64,000 nt of DNA from Chrysomallon squamiferum. Lineage: Eukaryota > Animalia > Mollusca. Both the position numbers and the translations under genes were made by a program. The notes beneath the pieces are model-generated. The model worked only from the letters and a program-made list of their open reading frames with translations, searched no databases and was not told the DNA's origin. Numbering within the stretch: the first letter of the stretch is position 1; the number at the start of each line of letters is the position of its first letter. Location of the stretch: NCBI GenBank assembly GCA_012295275.1, contig CM022678.1, positions 13,764,001-13,828,000 on the forward strand. Reading direction: 5' to 3'. Positions 12,801 to 23,018 of this stretch are shown here, piece after piece.

Positions 12801-15800
12801 TGAAAATAAAATATGACAGTCAATTTTACCACTGAGCAGATTATGCGGACCATGTTTTAATTTCTGAACAAGAGTATGTCACAGAAAACCAAATGTTTTT
12901 AGACTGTTGTTGGGCAATAGTTGCCAGGTTGAAGTAACAACTAAAATGTCCTATAAAATTGAAATTTAATAATACATTACCCTCTCTTCCAAAATGACTA
13001 TTGATATGCAGACCTTCTAAATGTTCATGTAATCAGCTAACTACTGACCTGATACTGTTGTAAATTGGTTTTTATATTATGCAGATGGTAATACATGGAT
13101 GCACTCACGCATTCACACACGCATGCACTCACACACACAAACATGCACGTAAGTGACATCAGGCCAAACAGGTTTTAATTCTGTACATATTGACCAAATT
13201 GTCAGTACAGTAACAATTGGTGAGTGTCCTAAATGAGGGTAATTAGATGGCTTTTTTTATTTATTGTTTTACATATTTTAGAATCCTGTGATAGTTGAGT
13301 CAGGTGTGATTAACTTCTTGTAGTGATGACAACAAAAATGACAGTGAATTTTATTACTTATTCACCTGTGATGACCGTTTTAATTTCTGAACAAGACACT
13401 GCATCCAGAATTAAAAGGATATTTTTCACTCATTTTAGGTCTGTAAATACATTTTCATTGTTTTGACATCAATGCTCGGTGGCTGTTTATTTAAAAATAA
13501 AAAATAATATAAAAAAACGCTACTTTTTGTAAACACAATACAATAAAATAATGTTGATTGACATTCTGAAAAAGAATTGTATACACGAGAACAGGTATTA
13601 TAGCACAAGTCTATGGTCCATACTTGGTATATTTTTCTGATGTGGTTATGGTTTCTTAATAAATAACACCTTATGCTTGATGTAACAAAATGGTCATTTT
13701 CATTTCTGAAATTGGTTGAGACAGTTTTAGTTTTTGTAAACAGTATTGTTGTAAAAGGTATACTTGATATTCTTTTATTACTTTTTTACATTTTTAAAAA
13801 AAAATGTGGACCGAGTATTTTCACAGTACAGTTAAGTCAGAATTAACAGCTGTAATGTTTTAGTTGGAGTTCTTTTATAAACTTCATCCAGGCAGACTGG
13901 CATGTTTGATTATCACTTACATTCTGAGATCTCCATTCCTGTAGTTGTATTGTCTCTTTAGAATTTCATTCCCTCGGTAGTAATATTTGTTATTTATATA
14001 AAATTAAAATGTTTCAAAATAAATTCATCTTGTTATAAATAAAAATATATATTGCACTGCATATATGAGGCCTGTTCTTAAATATTATCTGTCAAAATAT
14101 TTTACTTTTATGGTATGAATTCTGAGTTTAAATAATTGTAAATATATTACTGTTATTAAACTATTTGTTCATTCAACAAAAGCTATTTAACAAAAGAAAA
14201 ACAAATGTCACTTGGAACTATACCAGATACATTTACACTGTTCTTATTGCAGTAGCTATACTTAATTCATGAGGTTTTCAGTTCAGTAAGAATTCTTGTG
14301 ATGATGAAAACAAAAATGACAGTCAATTTTTTACTTCTTATTCATCTGTGAAGACTGTGTTTTAATTTCTGAACAAGAGTATAGGTTTCCACAGATTGGT
14401 GTGATTGGATTTATTTAACTTCTTTTTTAAGAGATACTGTTTCACCAAGAGGTGTAAATATCTGCCATTAGTACTTGCTATGATCATCTGGTTTTTCATT
14501 AATAGCAATTAATGTAAAGGTACTGCATTTATGATTTTATCTTTAGCAATATATCATTTTGTGGCTGTGAAATCCAAAATGAAATGATCTTAGTTTTTAT
14601 TCCTGCCTTGTACATGGTCAGAAATATGAGTACAAAAATGTTTTACAACTACTACATGTGTTTAACCAGTTGGATTAGCTGTTATTTAAAATGTATTCTG
14701 ACTAAACAAAATTAAGAATTTGTGAAATAAAAAATAAACTTGTAACAGTATAATTCAAACAAATACATAATCAGACATGTTGAACATCTGCCTGTGAGGA
14801 CAGTCATAACAAATGGTTTTGCCTATTACTAATGCTTTTTATGATGAATAAACAGACTTTCGTTCTACTGTATGAATCTGAAGAAAGCTAAAATTTCTGA
14901 AAAAGATATATTATCAGCTGTTTTTACATTATAAAAACAATGAAATTTTATTTGGCTTGGTCCGCATTATTATAGATTATAAAGTCATTTAAGTAAAATT
15001 TTACTTTATAAAAATAATTCATACATTGTATTTCTTTATTGTCATTAATTTGAACTGTTGATAGAAAATTTCTATATGGTACAGTTAACCAGGATATTTT
15101 TTTCTTTTAGGGTACAGATGTTAATGTTGCTTTGCAAGTAACACTCTGTGCTGTGCCTTTTCCAGTGTCACAGTTCAATTTTTCAACTTGCTACATTATA
15201 ATACACAATCACCTTTTGAAGTCCTGTTTAATTGCAGGCTCTTTTCATATTGATTGTGACATTTGATGTTTATTTAACCTAATTAGTTAGTGATATCACT
15301 GATAAATTTTCAGTATCTAACAAAAGTTTTGTTTCTGTTGAACTTGGATTTGCAGTAATAGTAATTATGGAAATATCTGTAAATACTAATCTGCTAATAT
15401 TAATTAATGTGCACAGTGTATTCTAATATTTCTAATTCAGAATTATATAAACAACATTTTCAAAACGGTGCATTGTTGTACAAAAAATAATTGCTGTGGC
15501 TGTATCTAGTGTTGCTGCTTGCTGAAGTGGTGGAAATTGTTGATTTTTACAGTATAAATGGAGTTCATCCCCGACCCAGAAAGGTGATGCAACTTTTCCG
15601 TCTGAGACAGATCAACAATGGTGTGTTCATGAAGCTGAACAAGGCCACATTGCAGATGTTGAAAATTGCTGAACCGTACATAACTTGGGGGTGAGTACAC
15701 AGGAAAATGTTATAAGCTTCATTTATGTTAACACAGGTGAATTCATAAGAAGCATTTTTAATATGAATTTAAGAAACATGAGAATAATTTTGGATTTGAC

Positions 15801-16770
15801 TATTTAAAATAAGATACGAAGAAACATAATCCTCACAGGAGTGACTGACTCTCTGAAAATTTAGCAATTGATGAACGGTATTATAATTCATAAAAAATTA
15901 CTTCAACATTTTAGATGAGCAATTTTTGTTACTCAGTAAATGACTTAACTTTATTGTTGCAATGATTATTATAATGTAGAATTCCCAACTTGAAGAGTGT
16001 GAGAGAGCTCATCTACAAGAGAGGCTATGGAAAAGTAAACCACCAGCGAATCCCTCTCACAGATAACGCCATCATTGAAAAAAGGCTTGGTAAGTTGTCA
16101 CTACAAAACACTGACAACAGATGCATTGAAAATCGACAAAACAGTTTCCTAGAAAAAGAATAATCTAACACAGCATCAAAATATTTATTTATGATATTTC
16201 TAATTGGAATAAATGTTGAATAGGTTGATTTAGTTATTAATAAACTGACAAATTTCACAGAAATGCTCTTCTTAAAAATGTTTCTAGGAATTATTTTTGT
16301 TAAATTAATGAAGATGAAAATCTGAGCTAGTGTGTGTGTTGGCAGAGTGATTATTTAATTTTAATGCTTGTTATGATGAATAAAGACTTTCGTTCTACTG
16401 CATATCTCTGAAGAAAGTTAACATTTCTGAACAAGCTACATTGTCAACCATGTTCACACATTAGAAAAAAGATTGAAGATTTGTATTTCCATAAATTGTG
16501 AAAATAACTAATATAAAATAAAATATTTTCCTTAACAAAATTTAATTAAATCTTCTTCCAGGCAAGTTTAACATCATTTGTATGGAAGATTTGATACACG
16601 AGATTTTCACTGTTGGTCCACATTTCAAAGAAGCATCAAACTTCCTGTGGTACTTTAAACTGAACACACCCAATGGTGGCTGGAGAAGAAAGTACAATCA
16701 TTTTAATGATGGTGGAGACTGTGGTTTCCGAGATGATAAAATTAATGCTCTCCTCAAGAGAATGATTTAG
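9621..16770 (+). CDS. RPL7: 60S ribosomal protein L7 (uL30). Exons 9621-9631, 10236-10332, 12375-12541, 15553-15690, 15980-16089, 16562-16770
   Basis: Spliced translation [18 protein letters not shown]...[13 protein letters not shown]...[44 protein letters not shown]...EPYITWG...[20 protein letters not shown]...[25 protein letters not shown]...INALLKRMI*. Confidence 0.98.
12789..12874 (+). ncRNA. Box C/D snoRNA, family A copy 1 (RPL7 intron 3), predicted LSU rRNA guide
   Basis: Terminal stem ctcttgt/acaagag, C box GTGATGA at 12797-12803, D box CTGA at 12864-12867, D-adjacent guide atgttttaatt. Two more copies lie in the same intron. Confidence 0.85.
13316..13396 (+). ncRNA. Box C/D snoRNA, family A copy 2
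   Basis: Stem tcttgt/acaaga, C box GTGATGA, perfect C' box GTGATGA, guide gttttaattt, D box CTGA at 13387-13390. Confidence 0.85.
14293..14379 (+). ncRNA. Box C/D snoRNA, family A copy 3
   Basis: Stem tcttgt/acaaga, C box ATGATGA at 14301-14307, C' box gtgaaga, guide ctgtgttttaattt, D box CTGA at 14369-14372. Confidence 0.85.
14835..14905 (+). ncRNA. Box C/D snoRNA, SNORD59/snR54-like, copy 1 (18S rRNA Am guide)
   Basis: Stem ctttt/aaaag, C box ATGATGA at 14841-14847, antisense GACTTTCGTTCT complementary to conserved 18S AGAACGAAAGUC, degenerate D' ctgt, C' ctgaaga, D box CTGA at 14897-14900. Confidence 0.85.
15133..15264 (+). ncRNA. Candidate box H/ACA snoRNA (RPL7 intron 3)
   Basis: Hairpin 1 closed by gcaagt/acttgc with inner ctgtg/cacag, hinge with ANANNA (acatta/ataata), hairpin 2 closed by cacaatca/tgattgtg with inner cctg/cagg, then ACA-ttt. 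Length ~130 nt. Confidence 0.6.
16366..16436 (+). ncRNA. Box C/D snoRNA, SNORD59/snR54-like, copy 2 (RPL7 intron 5)
   Basis: Stem gcttgt/acaagc, C box ATGATGA at 16373-16379, the same GACTTTCGTTCT guide, D' ctgc, C' ctgaaga, D box CTGA at 16427-16430. Confidence 0.88.
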
Positions 16771-18269
16771 ATGCAACACATCTGGACAACTATTAAATTT
16801 AAGGGGAAAAAAGATGCGTTTGTTTTCCTTTTGAGTTGATACTTTTTTCTTGAAATCTTTAAAATAGATAGGGAAAAGATGGGTATGAAAACTATGATAG
16901 TGGACTGAAAGTCCAGATATAATCATGTTCTGCAGTATGTAAAAGTTGAAAGACGTATTGTTCCATATACGGGAAGGAAGTACTTGTTGCTAATGGAAAG
17001 TGGCAGGTTTACTTTGAGCATTGTTCATAGTTACCAAACAGGAACAAATAATAGGAAATTTGCAATCTTCACAACGCATGATAATATTGTTTCATTGGCA
17101 TCGGAAATAAATAACTGTTTTTTAAAGAAGCAAGTCAGTGTTAATAAATTTAATATATTAGGCATGTAAAACAAGCTTAAATTCAAATTGAGCATTTCCT
17201 CCATTAAATATTTTTAAATGTGCACAAATGAATAAAAAGCAACTAATGTAAAGTAACTTTATTACAAAACGGGGCTGTACATAAAGTTAATGCAAGTATT
17301 TTTAAAAAAATACTTTTTGTACTCAAATTGGAAGACAAATGTATTCTTATGATCTATATTAAACACAGATCTTTACTATCAATTTTCAATTCATTAATTA
17401 GGTAATAAACAAAAAATATATTAAAATAAAAGAATTAGTAAAACTGCTAAATTAATTTGTACCAAAAATATTGCACTTAGAGATTTACAATTTTTTTTTT
17501 TTTTTTTTTTTAAGCTACACAAGTAGGATACATGAAAACTATATTTTTGAATCGGAAACAGAATGTAGTAAACTAATTGGTAACAAAACTAACCAGCTGA
17601 ATTAAAAATATATTGCTATTTAGTCATTTTGAGAAATAATGCAGAAATATCATAAATTTTCCGCGGGCCAATTTTTTATTATTTTTAAAGGTAGCAGTTG
17701 TCAGTATTAAATCTAACTGGGAAATGTATATTTGTTACAAAGATACACAGGTAAATAAGTGTATATTAAGTTACTTCAAAATTGCTTTAAAGGTTTAAGT
17801 TGAAATATAAAATCAAAATATTTGCGCTGGATGTATAAAAACCATACATTAAAAGCATGTATTAAAAATGTGTTAGTCTGTTAATGAAATTAAAATAGTT
17901 ATATTTTTTTCTGATCTGTATATAGGTTAACATTTCAGCTTTACATGCAATGAAGTATAATTATTCTGGTTTTATTAAGCATATGATATACATTTTTCTA
18001 GTTTCAAAATGTTTGTAAAGAAATTTTGTGTAACTTCATAATATTCATGTTACCAAGTGACAAAAAAAAAAAATAATAATAATAATTATAACATTTGGAA
18101 ACAAAATATTTCTATTTAACCAAAACCGAAATATGATTTAAATTTTGCTGTCAGAACTAAATTTATATGTGGGAATTCCAAGATGTTACTTAAAGAATAT
18201 CACAAACAGCAAATACAAAGATTTTGTTTTTGTTGTGAACTATGCTTGATGGATGTCTGCTGTTAGGGT

Positions 18270-19923
18270 TTATCTCAAGACTTCATCCAGAATGATACGA
18301 GATGCAAATGCCACTGAGAATGCCAGAATGACTGTAGTTATAGCATTGTAGCTGATGGTGAAACCATAAACCTAAAATAAAAAATGTAGAATTATTCTTC
18401 ACAAACATTTTCAGTAAACCAGAAAGAATAAAGAATGAAAATTGCAATTTCACATACATTTTAAAACATTTGGAAAATAATATTCAAATACTATAAATTA
18501 TTTACCTGCATTTGTAGTGGCTGCTGGTTTAAAAAGAACAAAACTGACAGTCTCTCCTCCATTGGACAGATACACTGCAATTTAAAAAAAATCTATATAT
18601 TTAAAAAAAGAAAGTATTTTACTGTTTATTAGAAATTTTTATTCTCATATGAAAACTAATTAATTTTATCTTCTTTCACATTTCATATAGATTTAAAAAA
18701 AAAACAACATACAAAACAATAGACTGTTAGACAGAATCTGACCTTCAGTAACCTTTGACCTTCTGCATTGACCTCTGCATAGGCAGAGCTGATAATGAGC
18801 AGTAGAAGAAGAGGAATGATGAATTCCAGAATTCCTGTCAGTGTGGCATCATGACTTGTCCAGTAGATGATGTAATCTGCACACCATATGAGAATAAACA
18901 TGATCCAGCTAAACAACCAGCGCTGTAGATATCTACATGTTATAGACAGCCGTGACTGAAACAGTGTCACAACATAATCTGATAATAATGAGTATTTCAC
19001 CTCAAACACACACACACACACACGTGTATAAAATGCACGTTATTTGAGAATAAACAAAACGGTTTTATAGCATAAATAAATTTATATAAGAAAGAATATG
19101 AATACACACTTACAAACTCAGTGATACTTACAACTGGATGTCACCTGGGGGAAAAAATTCAACAAAATAGAGATATATGATTACATAACACTAGTATAGT
19201 TATATTAAAAACATACATAGATTTTCCAGTATGAAAACAACAAATCATCATTGGTCAGAAAAAATGGTTCTTTCCATGCATTATCATCTGTTTCCTGGGC
19301 AACATTGTCTGTCATCTATAACACAATAAAAACAATGTGTTATTATAACAATAAATATAAAAGTGATAATAACAATAATAACATTAACAATAAGTTATAC
19401 TAATAAATACAACTGATAATAATTATAATTGAAAATGATTACATCAACAACCAAACAATAACAGTATCGGTGATACAATAACAACAGATAGTGACAGTGA
19501 CAATAACAACAGATAGTGATAGTGACAATAACAACAGATAGTTACAGTGACAACAACAGATGGTGACAGTGAAAATAACAGATAGTGACAGTGACAGAAA
19601 TGATGATAATAATCACCTCCACACTTTGATTAGGCTGCTGGGTTTCAGGATATTTTACTTCTGTCAAGTCTCTCTCATCAGCTGACCTCTCTGTCTTCCT
19701 GTCTGCTAGTTTCTGTGGTGACAAGACTTTTGATGGTGTTTGTAGGTTTATATTTCCAGTTATAGATTCCAGAAAAATATTCTGTGAGGTCACATGAACA
19801 TTTTCTTCATCTTCTGAGATACTGTCATCCCAGACATACCATTCAGTATATGGTTCTATATCTATGTAATTTAAAAAACATTTGAGAGAGAGAGACGGTC
19901 CTTTGTGTGTGTTGTGGCTGTGT

Positions 19924-19976
<53 letters not shown>

Positions 19977-21697
19977 ACTAACATATTTAAAAATTAAAAA
20001 TTAAAAATTATCTGTTATTTATTTTAATATCACTTTATTGATGATAATTCTTAACACCTATCAGTTTCTAAAGATGTTTTTGATCTTTTCTTTTTTTCCA
20101 TCATCATCATCGTTGTTGTTGTCAGATAATTATTAATAATATTAGTGCTGATTTTTAGTTATTATCATGTTTATTGTTGTGCTCTTTTACCATTGGTTGT
20201 AGAAATGGTTTCCTCAGACTTGGTCTCTGTACAAAGAACATTTTCCATCCAGAGTCTTTCAAACACATGTGCATCCACTGCAAGTTCTCTCATAAATCTT
20301 CTAATACCTGTTTATAAAATGGTATATATTACCTGAATACTCTTAAACATTTGCATATTACATTAAAAATTTTAACACTGACCATATCAAAAGTCTATAA
20401 GAGTTATAAAACCTATAATGTGCTTTTCATTAACATTTATAAAAAAAACATGACAACCAAATGTTCTTACCAACTGTGTGTGTCCTACAGACTGACAGAA
20501 GAATGAAAACAACAAGAAGATTCCAGATGATACAGAAGAAAGCGTACACTGCTCGAGAGATATACATGATTTTACACACTACTGGCAGCAGCTGTATGTT
20601 GGTGCACGACTTGTCACTGAACAGGATTACTGTGCCATAAAGGTTGACAGCAATTACCACAAAACTCAAAATCATCACAATCAGAGCAATGCTTATCTTC
20701 ATAAATGTTTTAGAATGCATCCGAACACTTTCAGCAAAATTCTTGTTGCTAAACAACCGGCCAGCCAGTCGGTGGGCATAAATGCCAAAGACAACCCAAG
20801 TAAAACCAATCAGAATTGACACTGATCCAATTAAAACTGTTGTTCGTGAAAACTCACTTTTGATGTCATAAATTTTGAACCAGAAACCAGACATGCCAAA
20901 AGTTAGAGCAGACCCTGCTGTTAGGACATGCAGGAATGTTGCAAATATTGGTTTTTCAGTCAGTGACAGTTTTATTCCAAGTGACCGAGCAAGCAGGAAC
21001 CACATCCAGCCAGGCAACTTCTGTGAAAGGAGAATGTTTCTACGTCGAAAACCATCATCCATGGATGGGAAAGTGAGAAGATGTGAAATGTAGGGAGAAC
21101 CAGAGTGAGATTCATAAAACCTGTCAGGTGAGCCTCGGGTACAGGTAGAAAAATTAGAAAAATCCCGCTGCATTCTGCAATTAAGAAATCCAGAATATTT
21201 GAAATAAATATATATTAAAAAGTTATGATTAATGAATAAAATAATTATTATAATATGAATAATGATAATTATTAACAAATATGTCAAATATGTCCTGTTT
21301 GACAGGAGATATTTTAAACACTTTTTAAATTACTTAATATAAGGATAATGAAAACTGATGAACAGAAGAAAGATTATTATAAACAAAAACAGGATAAATG
21401 AATTAAATTGTAGTGATAAATTAGAAAAAAAATAAAATAAAATAAAAAAGGAAGGACGGAAAAAAGATAACGAAAGAGAGTAAAATGAACATTTTCATAC
21501 CCTGGTATAGGCACAAATGGACAACCCACAGGTCTTCCTTGTGGAAGTGGGCGTTTTCTCCTGTCCGTCATTCTGTCATTCTGAACGTTATCACCGAACT
21601 CTTGAACTGAATATATTCCTTTCGTTGAATAATAATTTCTCCTAACTGTATCTGCACGTTCAGGACAGTCTGCAATGCTGTCGTCGTCTGTTATCAT
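18270..21697 (-). CDS. Uncharacterised 7-TM protein, GRL/PHTF/DUF3537-like (7TMIC) candidate. Exons 21697-21501, 21174-20471, 20307-20191, 19861-19617, 19315-19217, 18955-18743, 18574-18506, 18371-18270
   Basis: Eight phase-consistent exons give four hydrophobic helices, a long acidic loop, then three more helices ending PLQMQVYGFTISYNAITTVILAFSVAFASRIILDEVLR*. The gene model is solid, the family call is inference, and the start could instead be the ATG at 21173. Confidence 0.8.
19468..19600. repeat. Degenerate short tandem repeat (gtgacagtgacaataacaacagata-like, ~25 bp) in an intron
   Basis: About 5 visible imperfect copies. Confidence 0.7.
19894..19973. repeat. Fragment of a dispersed repeat with a (TG)n(AG)n tail, also present at 59276-59380
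   Basis: Identical gacggtcctttgtgtgtgttgtggctgtg followed by (TG)n then (AG)n at both loci. Confidence 0.7.
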
Positions 21698-22360
21698 CAC
21701 GACGACGCGATCTGTTCTTATCGTGGTTCAGATACTGTCAGAATGAGGAAAACCAAGATTTATCTCCCGTAATGCGACTGAAACTGTATTTCGTTAGTCG
21801 CTTGATAATGACAGCAGTTGTAAACAAATGAGAAATTGGTTTACTAATCAGTCGTGATTTATTAAGTCACCACAATATTAATCCCTTTCAAACTGCAGCT
21901 CAGTTAAATTTTAAACCACCATAAGAGTATTTACAACAAAAAATAATAATAAATAGAATTATGCTCCCTTAGTTCATTTCGGATGAGTCCATTACTCACC
22001 TTCGAGGTGGATACGAATATTTTTATTTTTTTACATCCAGATAAATTGGATTTATTTTATTACAATGGTTTTGTATAATGTCTGGTATTTGATATATCAG
22101 TTGTGTTTTTTTTCTTGTTTTTTTATTTTTATTTTTATTTTTTATAAAATTTATTTTAATATTTATATTGTTCAGTTATTCACAGTCTTTTGTATAAATT
22201 AATAATACAGAAAGCTGTAAACCCCCCTCTATTGATAATTATAATTTTGTAAAAACTGCTGACCGATGAACTTCTGGCAACATAGAAGTAGACTGTAGCC
22301 ATTTCATTGTCTTTTTAAGAATGACTTTTAAAATTGCTTTATTCAGATGTGCGTCTTTTT

Positions 22361-22648
22361 ATGGGTAAATACAGCGTCGCATCTATTGATTATGACATGA
22401 CAATTGTTGAAATAGCTGACAGACTGCAACTCAGCCCAAGGTTAAAGGGCACTTAGAGTAATATATGTAAAAACTGATCAGTTCATATCAGATTACCTAC
22501 TAGTATTAAACATAATATCTCTTTATTTATTTGTATTAATAAAAGATTTTTAAAATAAATATTTTCATAAAAATAGATATGAAAAATTGTTTGCCATTTT
22601 TAGCTAACTAAAATATTAATAACTATTGAACAGATCCTACAGGTGGTG

Positions 22649-22684
<36 letters not shown>

Positions 22685-22924
22685 TCTTCGTATGTTACAC
22701 TGAAAAGTTTGGTTTGTAATAGTTTTCTTCTAACTGTTATTTCCATGTTATAATTTTGTATTACATTGTATGATTTTTGTATTACAGTTTTAAATAGTAA
22801 TTCTGTTTATTTATGTTTTATTTCAGCAGATGTAGACACCCTCTATTACAGATTATGCAGTGCAATGATGGTAAGCATACAGATATTTCAAAAATATATT
22901 TGTTGTCCATCTAAACTTAAAATT

Positions 22925-23018
<94 letters not shown>

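Noticed and set aside
15864-15925. Possible C/D snoRNA in RPL7 intron 4 (ttgatga ... atga)
   Set aside because: Imperfect C box, no CTGA D box, no terminal stem and no recognisable guide.
22861-22870. TGA after ITDYAVQ as selenocysteine or readthrough in ADHFE1
   Set aside because: That frame also has an upstream TAG, and the true KDYAFE exon lies at 23474-23520.
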